A stretch of DNA of 64,000 nucleotides from Patescibacteria group bacterium. Its GTDB lineage: Bacteria; Patescibacteriota; Saccharimonadia; Saccharimonadales; UBA4665. Shown piece by piece: positions 17,804 to 25,655 of this stretch. How positions within the stretch are numbered: position 1 is the stretch's first letter; the number at the start of each line of letters is the position of its first letter. The notes below the pieces were generated by a model that was not told where the DNA came from, made no database searches, and worked only from the letters and a program-made list of their open reading frames with translations. The stretch covers positions 75,571 to 139,570 of the forward strand of contig JARXKL010000001.1 in NCBI GenBank assembly GCA_030272735.1. The letters run 5' to 3'. The translations under genes were made by a program, and so were the position numbers.

Positions 17804-19309
17804 CTAAGAGTCTATCAGTTCCCCGCCGCCAAAAATATTGCTTATGGCTGAAACTGTTTTATTTGGAGCAGTTATCGACTTTCCTAAGGCTGTTTTAGAT
17901 GATTTGTTTTGCTTATCAAACAGACATTCTATGGTAATATCTTGGCCGGTGAGCTCAGTAATAATATTGGCCAACTTTTGACGGTTACTAGCTTCATTAA
18001 TTCTTTTTTGATGGAATGCAAACTGAAAAGTTAATACGACGCCAACAGCGCTGAAAGTAGGCTCGGCCATGCGCACCACTCCATAGAGCGTATTATGCTT
18101 TTGTTTGAGAGCGGTTAACACTGCTGGCCATACAGCCTGATCAAATACTGCCACCGCAGCACTATCTGTTTTTGCTGCTTTAGTTTGTACCTTCTTTGGA
18201 GAATCTACCGGAACTGATTTATCGGGTATTACTTTAACGTCAGGCTCATCCGCGGGAATGTTAACATTCTTTTTTGATTCTTTTAGATTAGTTGTTGATT
18301 TAGTAGTAGGTTCTGCAGTCTCGCTTTGGGTTTTCGACTCTTTAGAGCTACTGTAGGTTAATGTTTGCAATAAAATGAGCTCTAGATAACGACCAGGGTC
18401 AGGTGAAATAGGCACCTCAAGTAAATTTTGGAGAAGTGTAAAAATTGATTCTTTATCTAGCAACATATTGTTAGCTAAAACTGAGTCCCGTAATAATGCG
18501 CTTATTTGTTTCGCAATTGCGGCTGCATGGAAGCCCTGATCAAGCAACTGATTAAGTTGAACAGCCACTTCTGAGCTCGAGCCTGACTGAAGACAGGTAA
18601 CAAGCTCTCTGACTGCTTCGTCTGAAGGTAGACCTAAGAGAGTTTCGATATCACGAAGCTCCAGCTTTGCCTTTTTCCCGCTTGCTTGATCAAGCAAGCT
18701 TATACTGTCACGGAAACTGCCCTCACCATGCTTTGCTAACAGTTCAATAGCTGCATCGCTGACAGAAATGTTCTCACTCTTAGCAATATGTTTGAGGTGT
18801 GCGCTGACAGCTGCTGTTGCTACCGGCTTGAAGTTGTATCGCTGAGTGCGACTCACGATGGTGTCAGGCAGTTTGTGCGCATCTGTGGTGGCTAATATGA
18901 AAACAGCATGCGCCGGCGGTTCCTCGAGAGTCTTAAGCAGCGCATTAAATGCTTCACGCGTTAACATGTGGACTTCGTCTATGATGTATACCTTATACTT
19001 TGCGCTGGTCGGGGCGATATAAACTTTGTCGCGCAGTTCGCGAATTTCATCAATCCGTCGATTGCTTGCTGCATCAATTTCAATAATATCCAAGTGCGCT
19101 GAGTCGTCAGTATATGCTAAGCCATTAATCTCGTGCGCTAATATGCGCGCTATAGATGTCTTACCGACGCCTCTAGGACCCGTAAACAGATAGGCATGGC
19201 TAATTTTATTTTGTTTCAGCGCCTGTGAAAGGGTATCAGTAATGTGTTCCTGCCCAATAATTTCAGGAAGACTTTTAGATCGATATTTTCGGTAGAGCGC
19301 TTGTCCCAT
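17804..19309 (-). CDS. dnaX: DNA polymerase III subunit tau (candidate -1 frameshift site for a gamma form at codons 345-347)
   Basis: GPRGVGKTS Walker A, DEVHML, SRTQ sensor motif. 501 aa. Confidence 0.95.
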   Translation of the reverse strand: MGQALYRKYRSKSLPEIIGQEHITDTLSQALKQNKISHAYLFTGPRGVGKTSIARILAHEINGLAYTDDSAHLDIIEIDAASNRRIDEIRELRDKVYIAPTSAKYKVYIIDEVHMLTREAFNALLKTLEEPPAHAVFILATTDAHKLPDTIVSRTQRYNFKPVATAAVSAHLKHIAKSENISVSDAAIELLAKHGEGSFRDSISLLDQASGKKAKLELRDIETLLGLPSDEAVRELVTCLQSGSSSEVAVQLNQLLDQGFHAAAIAKQISALLRDSVLANNMLLDKESIFTLLQNLLEVPISPDPGRYLELILLQTLTYSSSKESKTQSETAEPTTKSTTNLKESKKNVNIPADEPDVKVIPDKSVPVDSPKKVQTKAAKTDSAAVAVFDQAVWPAVLTALKQKHNTLYGVVRMAEPTFSAVGVVLTFQFAFHQKRINEASNRQKLANIITELTGQDITIECLFDKQNKSSKTALGKSITAPNKTVSAISNIFGGGELIDS

Positions 19310-19391
19310 AGTAATACCAGTATACGCGGTCTATGTGCAGTTTTCTGTTGTGATATTGCTCTAAGGGGTAACTACTGCTTATATCTGAAGT

Positions 19392-19901
19392 TTAGAGCGC
19401 AGCTTCGAGCGCGGCCCACTCGGCTGTAGAATCGTCTTCAGGAACGTTTACGCTGACTTGATCGCCCGGCTTAGCTTTGAAATATGTGACACTAGCTAAT
19501 AGAACGCGCAATTTGCGGCCATTTACATCAACAAAATAATGTCCAGCTTCGAGATTGAGCGTGCCAACAACCTGTTTACGAGGAATAGGGCCTATTTGCT
19601 TATATAAGAATGCTCCGTCTTCAGCGATAGTGAGCTTAAGAATGTCACCTTGGACGAGTTTGGATTTAGAAGCATAGTTAGCGGGAACAGGATAAGTTTT
19701 ACCATCTGAGCCAACCATATTTTGGCCATCAAATACACCTTCAATAACCTTGCCTAAAGTATCTTCGCGGGCAACAGGAGCAACCATCTCATCGTCTCCG
19801 ACGAGGCTAATTAATAATTCTGTGGCTGCACCTAGGCTGGTTTCGGCTTCGCGAATCAGCGCACGTAGGCGTTTGACTTGTTTATCTGGGATGTCTGGCA
19901 T
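19392..19901 (-). CDS. hypothetical protein (two beta-rich repeats)
   Basis: 169 aa ORF with its own promoter. No recognisable family. Confidence 0.6.
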   Translation of the reverse strand: MPDIPDKQVKRLRALIREAETSLGAATELLISLVGDDEMVAPVAREDTLGKVIEGVFDGQNMVGSDGKTYPVPANYASKSKLVQGDILKLTIAEDGAFLYKQIGPIPRKQVVGTLNLEAGHYFVDVNGRKLRVLLASVTYFKAKPGDQVSVNVPEDDSTAEWAALEAAL

Positions 19902-19948
19902 AATGTCTGTCTCTCGTATCAGTGTTTATGAGGTACACTTTCCTCTTA

Positions 19949-19977
19949 AAAGTATCACGAACTGCGTTTTATGTCAA
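19949..19977 (-). promoter_or_regulatory. candidate sigma70-type promoter for the 19901 gene
   Basis: Minus strand: TTGACA - 17 nt - TACTTT. Confidence 0.45.
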
Positions 19978-20006
19978 AGGGAACAGTTATTCTGTGGATA
20001 AGTTGC

Positions 20007-20032
20007 TAAAAGGAGGCCCCGGAGAGCCTCCC
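20007..20032 (-). terminator. intrinsic terminator after rplL
   Basis: Minus strand: GGAGGC-UCUCCGGG-GCCUCC followed by UUUU. Confidence 0.55.
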
Positions 20033-20053
20033 AGCCTTCGAATGGGTAGCAAA

Positions 20054-20431
20054 TTACGCTAGTTCGACGGTTGCACCAGCATCTTCGAGCTGTTTCTTGT
20101 GCTTTTCGGCATCTTCTTTAGGTGCCTTCTCAACGACAGTCTTTGGAGCACCGTCAACGATAGCCTTTGCTTCACCAAGACCTAAGCCGGTGATGTCCTT
20201 GACTGCTTTAATGACAGCGACTTTCTGAGCGCCTGCATCCTTGAGGACTACGTCGTACTCACTCTTCGCGTCTTCTGCTTCACCACCACCTTCAGCAGGT
20301 GCTGCGGCTACTGCAACTGCTGCTGCAGCTGGTTCAATTCCGTATTCATCCTTGAGGATTCCTGCGAGTTCGTTTACTTCGAGCACTGTCAGTCCAACGA
20401 GTTGCTCTGCTACTTTCTTTAAATCTGCCAT
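20054..20431 (-). CDS. rplL: 50S ribosomal protein L7/L12
   Basis: 125 aa with an Ala-rich hinge and a conserved C-terminal domain ([20 protein letters not shown]). Confidence 0.97.
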   Translation of the reverse strand: MADLKKVAEQLVGLTVLEVNELAGILKDEYGIEPAAAAVAVAAAPAEGGGEAEDAKSEYDVVLKDAGAQKVAVIKAVKDITGLGLGEAKAIVDGAPKTVVEKAPKEDAEKHKKQLEDAGATVELA

Positions 20432-20473
20432 TGTATTCTCCTAGTTAATTAATTGATACGCAGTATGCGTAAT

Positions 20474-20998
20474 TTATGCTGCGGCTTTAGCTTCCAGGCC
20501 TTGTAATAATCCGTGCAAATTACCGCCTAACCCACTCATAACGCCGTTGACCGGACCATTAAGCGTATTGATAAGGCCAGCAATGAGCTGATTCTTACTT
20601 GGAAGACCTGCCAGGGCTTTGACGTCTGAGCCACTGACGAATGTACCATCAGCACTGATTGCACCCACGAATTCGAGGGTTGGGTTTTTCTTCGCAAAAG
20701 TGTTCAAAATCTGCGCTGCAGCTACTTCATCTTCGCCGTTGAAAGCGTAGAGGAGCATTCCCTGCAAGCTCGATGTATCGACATCTTTAAGTGTATCGGT
20801 AGCCTTGAGCGCTTGAATGACCAAACGATTTTTGACGACTTTTACGCGGGTGCCATTAGATTTTGCTTCTTTGCGGAGCGTTTGCAATGCTTTGACTGTA
20901 GTACCTTCGTACTTCGCGACAACTGTCATCTTAGAAGTGCTCAATAATTCAGCGACCTCGCTGATTACGTCCTTCTTCTCGACTTGTGTTAATGCCAT
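20474..20998 (-). CDS. rplJ: 50S ribosomal protein L10
   Basis: Start trimmed to MALTQVEKKD (ATG at 20998, preceded by GGAGAACAACGC). The ORF-track extension runs into the leader. Confidence 0.95.
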   Translation of the reverse strand: MALTQVEKKDVISEVAELLSTSKMTVVAKYEGTTVKALQTLRKEAKSNGTRVKVVKNRLVIQALKATDTLKDVDTSSLQGMLLYAFNGEDEVAAAQILNTFAKKNPTLEFVGAISADGTFVSGSDVKALAGLPSKNQLIAGLINTLNGPVNGVMSGLGGNLHGLLQGLEAKAAA

Positions 20999-21175
20999 GC
21001 GTTGTTCTCCATGTTTTAGTTGAGTAAGACGATCGACCACTGTCCTACTTTCGTTGCCAAACAAAAACGCCTTTGCATCCAAAGACGTTCAAACTTACGA
21101 TAATCGTATGTAATAGTTTGTACCTTGGCGACGTTATCAAGTCTTTCGACCGTCGCTGTCTCTGGCAACTTGAGA
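20999..21175 (-). promoter_or_regulatory. rplJ 5' leader (L10-leader-like) containing an intrinsic terminator at 21057-21088
   Basis: About 175-nt untranslated leader. Minus strand: ACGUCUUUG-GAUG-CAAAGGCGU followed by UUUUUGUUU, upstream of the rplJ RBS. Confidence 0.55.
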
Positions 21176-21178
21176 TTT

Positions 21179-21207
21179 ATTATACTAGGTTACTGCTCGT
21201 CGTGCAA
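21179..21207 (-). promoter_or_regulatory. promoter of rplJL
   Basis: Minus strand: TTGCAC - 17 nt - TATAAT. Confidence 0.6.
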
Positions 21208-21224
21208 CAGGTCAGGAATAAATA

Positions 21225-21503
21225 TTATTCAGACTCCCTAAGGAGGATGGGCTCGTCTTCTGTTGAATGCTGGGGCACTAGCTGCAGCGTTGCTTCTGGA
21301 TTAGTACTTTGTTCGCTCACAGATACTTTTTCCAAAGCCGTGCGTACTATTCTTTGACCGGCACGGTACATCGCTAGTCTGCTCTTTTCTAATTGTGCAA
21401 TACTTTTTACTGGGTCTTCATTATATTCTTCTATATCAAAACCTCGCTGCCGCCTGCGAATATCATCTGCAGGAATTGAAGGATGCAATGATCGTTCGCT
21501 CAT
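21225..21503 (-). CDS. hypothetical 92-aa protein
   Basis: Start trimmed to MSERSLHP (ATG at 21503, RBS GGAAGGG 7 nt upstream). The longer ORF-track version overlaps the upstream small gene. Confidence 0.45.
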   Translation of the reverse strand: MSERSLHPSIPADDIRRRQRGFDIEEYNEDPVKSIAQLEKSRLAMYRAGQRIVRTALEKVSVSEQSTNPEATLQLVPQHSTEDEPILLRESE

Positions 21504-21507
21504 ATTG

Positions 21508-21690
21508 TTACCCTTCCTGATATCCTTCAACTGCTGCCATGAATGGCATATGGCAATTAAGTTCCGAGATTCTACTTCTGAAATTAGTTTGTTGCGCCTT
21601 ACGATTTTCTTCTTCTTGTTCGACTGTATTTCGAACTGCACATTCATCGAATGTGATTTGATCAATTTCTTCAAATTTTTTATGAACCAT
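21508..21690 (-). CDS. hypothetical 60-aa acidic protein
   Basis: Strong RBS (AAAGGAGAUAUAA-AUG). The stop lies 4 nt before the next start, suggesting a two-gene operon. Confidence 0.45.
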   Translation of the reverse strand: MVHKKFEEIDQITFDECAVRNTVEQEEENRKAQQTNFRSRISELNCHMPFMAAVEGYQEG

Positions 21691-21709
21691 TTATATCTCC
21701 TTTTTGTGA

Positions 21710-21775
21710 CAAATAAAAAGCTCCCGGTTTGGCGGGAGCTGCTTGTCGTTTTGTAAATTGCAAAAAGCTGCCCGC
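21710..21775 (-). promoter_or_regulatory. leader terminator with competing antiterminator upstream of the 60-aa gene
   Basis: Minus strand: AGCUCCCG-CCAAAC-CGGGAGCU-UUUUUAUUU (21710-21740). The upstream GCGGGCAGCU (21766-21775) can pair with AGCUCCCGC (21732-21740). Confidence 0.45.
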
Positions 21776-21828
21776 TACTGGGGGGTGAGAATCACGACCT
21801 TTACTGTGAGCATTTGTTGCATAAATGC

Positions 21829-21857
21829 ATGATCGCATACGCTCAGACAGCTGTCAA
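21829..21857 (-). promoter_or_regulatory. candidate promoter (extended -10) for the minus-strand small-gene operon
   Basis: Minus strand: TTGACA - 17 nt (of which the last three are TGC) - GATCAT. It sits back-to-back with the plus-strand promoter 16 bp away. Confidence 0.4.
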
Positions 21858-21873
21858 TATTCAAAAAAAGTTG

Positions 21874-21902
21874 TTGACATAGCTACGATATGGGTCTAAA
21901 GT
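21874..21902 (+). promoter_or_regulatory. candidate sigma70-type promoter for the 22063 leader
   Basis: TTGACA - 17 nt - TAAAGT. Confidence 0.5.
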
Positions 21903-21913
21903 TACCAATTGTG

Positions 21914-22051
21914 AAAACAAGCACTCAAAATATGCATAACACAAATTGCGCGGCCAAGCGTCTCTTTGTGATTTACGCGTAACCTGAGTCCTTGTTTTAG
22001 CAGAAATCAAATAATGTAAAACAGAGGACTCCACTACTGGGGTCCTTTTTT
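21914..22051 (+). promoter_or_regulatory. four-segment transcription attenuator (1:2 / 2:3 / 3:4)
   Basis: seg1 AAAACAAGCACUC (21914-21926), seg2 GAGUCCUUGUUUU (21986-21998), seg3 AAAACAGAGGACUC (22018-22031). Terminator GGACUCC-ACUACU-GGGGUCC-UUUUUU (22026-22051), 12 nt before the RBS/ATG. Confidence 0.55.
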
Positions 22052-22062
22052 ACGGAGAAACT

Positions 22063-22560
22063 ATGGCAGCAACAAGATTACAAAGCGGCGTAGAACATAT
22101 AACTGACAGACGTTTGGACGAGATGGACGATTTTATTGTTCCCGAATTGGCAAAAATTCATGTTGCCAGTATTTTTAATACCGAAAATAAAATCAAGAAG
22201 AATTTATCGTATAAACTAGGCCGTCAAACGGTAAGCTGTTATGTTACACCTGAGCTTATAGTCGCACCTGCAAATGTGGATTTACACGAATACGCATTAT
22301 TACTGGGGAAAGCTTCAGTAAAAGGTAAATACGTTATAGGCTTTACCATGGTTAATGAAGAAGCAGCAACGTACAGTGACGACGCTACTGCCCTAGCAGA
22401 GAAATATATTCAAAGAGACTTCTACAATGATAGCGGCTCAAATGTAGTTCTTTTCGAACAGCCAAGCGAAATCGATTCTGAAAGTCTACCAAGACTAGCA
22501 CGACTGCGTGAGCTGATTGCTGGGTTAGATGTTCCGTCTGCGGTTATCATAGCTCAGTAG
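22063..22560 (+). CDS. hypothetical 165-aa protein
   Basis: ORF with RBS GGAG 8 nt upstream. No recognisable family. Confidence 0.65.
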   Translation: MAATRLQSGVEHITDRRLDEMDDFIVPELAKIHVASIFNTENKIKKNLSYKLGRQTVSCYVTPELIVAPANVDLHEYALLLGKASVKGKYVIGFTMVNEEAATYSDDATALAEKYIQRDFYNDSGSNVVLFEQPSEIDSESLPRLARLRELIAGLDVPSAVIIAQ

Positions 22561-22567
22561 TTTACGG

Positions 22568-24949
22568 TTAGCCGCCCATTTGCTGCAGCTTGAACTGCGT
22601 GTATCGTTCTGCAGCTAAGCGTGTCAGTTCTTCGTCTTCGCCCGAGTTGACGAATTTCATGGCTTCTCCAAGCAGGGGGTGAACTTCTGAGAGTTTCTCG
22701 TGCATTTGGAGGACGAGTTTGCGGTATCCTGGGTGGCCCTGTGGGCTCGTGCGGAGTTCGTGTAAGTGGAAAGCTTCGCGGGCGTTATAAGTGACCTTCC
22801 AGCGCATACGGTGCCCGAGGAGCGTGGCATACTGGGCCTCGAGTCTATAGCCAGCCTGCTGCAAAATGCTATAGAGCTTGAGGCTGAGATCAAAACAAGC
22901 TTCGAATTGATCAGTCATACCGGCGGCCTCGACGAGTTGCGGTATTTCGTAGCCATAACGAGGCGTAAGTTGCTGCCAATTAAGATCATCAACCATACGA
23001 TGCCTCTGTAAATCCCGGAAAATACCATAATCACAAACCAGATCCCAGCTGTAATGGGCTTTTTCGATGGCACGACCAGGCCGGTGGCGACGATTGAGGC
23101 GTTCACCCATATAAGTGTTGAAAACTGTTTGTCGCTGAGAATAATCCCAATTACCAACTTCAGCCTGAAGTTCTTCTAGTGGCAAACTGCTGTGTTCATA
23201 AAGCATATCGGGCACGAGCAACATCTCGTTCTTAGGCCAATAATCTACCAGTGTGACAGGCTCCTGATTAGTTGTGGAATGTTTGTCACTTAAGTATTCT
23301 TTTGCTAAGTCTGCAACAGCGTGACGGGTGTTGGCGTTATACGCAATGGTTGCACCACCGCGCTCTGGTTTGTCGGCGCGCTCTAAGAACATCGGAACGA
23401 TTTTACGGGCCTGCTTTAGTAAGTCTTCGCCCGAAGCCTGTGCTTCTGGCAAGTCATCACCAAGTAAATGCGTAATGAGGCTCTCTAGGGCTTGGCCAGA
23501 TGCGAAGACGCCAACAGTCGATTTTGTGGCGACAGGTAGCACTGCTCGTACAGCGTCACAAGCTTGAGCGCGGGTGGCCCCTTTCCAGGCAATATCTCGT
23601 TCAGCTGCTGGCACTGACGAATGCGCCTGCACATACTCGGTTAAGGAGCGGACCATGGTCGAATACAACTCAAAGAGCTCATCCATAATCTGGTTGTATT
23701 GTGTTTGTATTTCTGGTTCAAAGTGCCCAGGAGTGTAATAACGGTACTTACCATTCGCATCTTTCTGATCAAAGTAGATGTAGCGCGTTGATTGTTCAAG
23801 GTAAGAAGCCATACGCCCCCACTCGAGCTTTTTGGTAAGCAGGTTCGATGCACCTTCGAATACAAAGTGCAACCCGCCCAGCTGCTGCACTGAATCATCG
23901 CCGTAGGCAGTAATGACTCTTTGGAGCAATTGCTCATCCTTGCCCAGCTTACCGGCAAATTCGTCGAGTAAAGTTATGCGCATGTCGTCCCCGCGGCGGC
24001 TGAGGCGTGCCATGGCAGCAGCAATAGTTATCGGACTTAATTTGTCACTAAAGGCGTAGACGTTACCGTCAACGCTGGTTACGGCTCCTGCCAAGTAGGC
24101 CTCGCCTGCCTTTGTAACAGTGATTCCGCTGTCAGTTTTATGCAGAAGCGGTTCATCGCTTTCTGCTATTTGGATTGGTTCGTCGTGGGGGAGGCTTACC
24201 GCTACTGTTGGATCCAGAGGCGGTTCATGGGGAGCTGGCGCAGGTAACGGGGCCGGCACTTGTAGTTGGGCAATAACTTCCTTGATTGGTGTTGCGGCGG
24301 CCAGCACCTTCGATGGTTCGCGGGTGCCGAGCTCGGCGGATACTAGTTTCCAGATTTCATCGGAGACTTGTTCTGGCGAACTAGTTGCATAAACTACTGG
24401 CAGGTTACGCTGTTTTGATTCCCACAAATAGCCAGAACGTACTCGTTCTAGAAATGCGTCATCGAGGTTGTCGAAGCGTTCACCGTTATAACGGTCTCCG
24501 AGTCGTTCTCTGAGTATAGCAACGGGGGCATCGAGCACAATACATAGGTCAGGCTCCATCCCACCGACTGCAAAATTTATAATACTGTTAATAGTATTAT
24601 AATCCGGCACATCACCGCGGCCATAATACTGAATAGCAAGGGTAGTTAAATAATTGCGATCTACGAGACAAATGACTCCGTTGGCTACGCTATCTTTAAT
24701 AACCCCAAGGCTTTGCGCACGCGCAGCATTGTAAAGCAGCACTTCTGTTCGTGTATTCATAGGATAACGAGGGTCTTGAGTAAGCTGTCGGATGGCGCGT
24801 GCCGTAAGATCACTCTGGCTGTCTGGTTCGCGGAGGGTCCGCACCGGCAAGCCTGCAGCTTGCAACCGTCGAGCTAACTCGAGTAATTGTGTAGTCTTCC
24901 CGACACCTTCAGGGCCTTCGAGCACGATGTATTTGCCGACATTATTCAT
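22568..24949 (-). CDS. fusion protein: thymidylate kinase (N-terminal) plus tandem-duplicated FAD-dependent thymidylate synthase ThyX (C-terminal)
   Basis: N-terminus YIVLEGPEGVGKTTQ...DRNYLTTLAIQY (Tmk). After a Pro-rich linker there are two ThyX-like halves: ARLSRRG...WGRMASYLEQSTRY and FRDLQRHRMVDDLNWQQLTPRY...NAREAFHLHELR. Confidence 0.85.
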   Translation of the reverse strand: MNNVGKYIVLEGPEGVGKTTQLLELARRLQAAGLPVRTLREPDSQSDLTARAIRQLTQDPRYPMNTRTEVLLYNAARAQSLGVIKDSVANGVICLVDRNYLTTLAIQYYGRGDVPDYNTINSIINFAVGGMEPDLCIVLDAPVAILRERLGDRYNGERFDNLDDAFLERVRSGYLWESKQRNLPVVYATSSPEQVSDEIWKLVSAELGTREPSKVLAAATPIKEVIAQLQVPAPLPAPAPHEPPLDPTVAVSLPHDEPIQIAESDEPLLHKTDSGITVTKAGEAYLAGAVTSVDGNVYAFSDKLSPITIAAAMARLSRRGDDMRITLLDEFAGKLGKDEQLLQRVITAYGDDSVQQLGGLHFVFEGASNLLTKKLEWGRMASYLEQSTRYIYFDQKDANGKYRYYTPGHFEPEIQTQYNQIMDELFELYSTMVRSLTEYVQAHSSVPAAERDIAWKGATRAQACDAVRAVLPVATKSTVGVFASGQALESLITHLLGDDLPEAQASGEDLLKQARKIVPMFLERADKPERGGATIAYNANTRHAVADLAKEYLSDKHSTTNQEPVTLVDYWPKNEMLLVPDMLYEHSSLPLEELQAEVGNWDYSQRQTVFNTYMGERLNRRHRPGRAIEKAHYSWDLVCDYGIFRDLQRHRMVDDLNWQQLTPRYGYEIPQLVEAAGMTDQFEACFDLSLKLYSILQQAGYRLEAQYATLLGHRMRWKVTYNAREAFHLHELRTSPQGHPGYRKLVLQMHEKLSEVHPLLGEAMKFVNSGEDEELTRLAAERYTQFKLQQMGG

Positions 24950-25655
24950 AGGATAAGCCTTCGATCTTACGAGGCATTTCGCGGACGTCTTTGTAGGCCC
25001 GCGGCAGCATCATATCTGGCGACCACGTCTGTATTATTTGCTCGAGATCAGTTCCTTGCTGGTATTTACCACTGAACCCACCGTCGCGACCAGCACCGTA
25101 GGTGCCTTCAACTGCGCCAGTTTCCACAAACACAGCCTGAGCTATGCGTTCGCCAACTGGTATAAGAACTGTCTCGCGCTCGTTCAGATTATAAATTTCA
25201 AGCGTCAGACGGTTGATGTAGCCAGGATCAACCCAGCCAGCATCAAAACAAACTGCTATCCCGTTACGGCCCCAGCTAGAGCGAGACTTTACCTCATATG
25301 CGCCAGGCGGTTTGATACCAAAGAATTCATGAGTGTGTGCAAGTATGCGTTCACGAGGCTTAAGGCTAATAACTGGGTGGTCGAGCGGAATGTTCGTAAC
25401 AGGCTTAAAACCGTTGAGCTTGCACCATTCGCCGTGAGGCATGGCTTTATATGGTCCGTCAAAGTATCGTTCAACGTCTTCTTTGTCAAAAGGGTTATAA
25501 ATAGTTCGGTCCTGCATGCGCTCAATGCGGTAGAAATAATAACCGAGGGTAACATCGAGACTAGCGTGACTAATGTGTTTCGGGTTGAACGGATGGCAAA
25601 CAATGTGGCCTTCATCAAGGGCTGCTCTGATCTGTTTGTTGCTATAGACTCCCAC
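24942..25655 (-). CDS. dcd: dCTP deaminase family protein (dUTPase superfamily)
   Basis: GTG start with RBS GAAGGGAG. SSWGRNGI and AGWVDPGYINRLTLEIYN correspond to Dcd motifs. Overlaps the tmk-thyX start by 8 nt. Confidence 0.8.
   Translation of the reverse strand: MGVYSNKQIRAALDEGHIVCHPFNPKHISHASLDVTLGYYFYRIERMQDRTIYNPFDKEDVERYFDGPYKAMPHGEWCKLNGFKPVTNIPLDHPVISLKPRERILAHTHEFFGIKPPGAYEVKSRSSWGRNGIAVCFDAGWVDPGYINRLTLEIYNLNERETVLIPVGERIAQAVFVETGAVEGTYGAGRDGGFSGKYQQGTDLEQIIQTWSPDMMLPRAYKDVREMPRKIEGLSYE

Noticed and set aside
21932-21981. Mini-ORF MHNTNCAAKRLFVIYA (or a GTG-extended version from 21911) inside the 22063 leader, as a regulatory leader peptide
   Set aside because: It has no SD, no enrichment of any amino acid, and the ATG version does not overlap segment 1. 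It is mentioned in the attenuator finding but not called as a gene.
21776-22042. 9-mer CTACTGGGG present at 21776-21784 and 22034-22042, as a possible shared operator or RNA motif of the two divergent leaders
   Set aside because: The two copies are in opposite sense relative to their transcripts. A single 9-nt coincidence within a 372-bp region is not statistically compelling.
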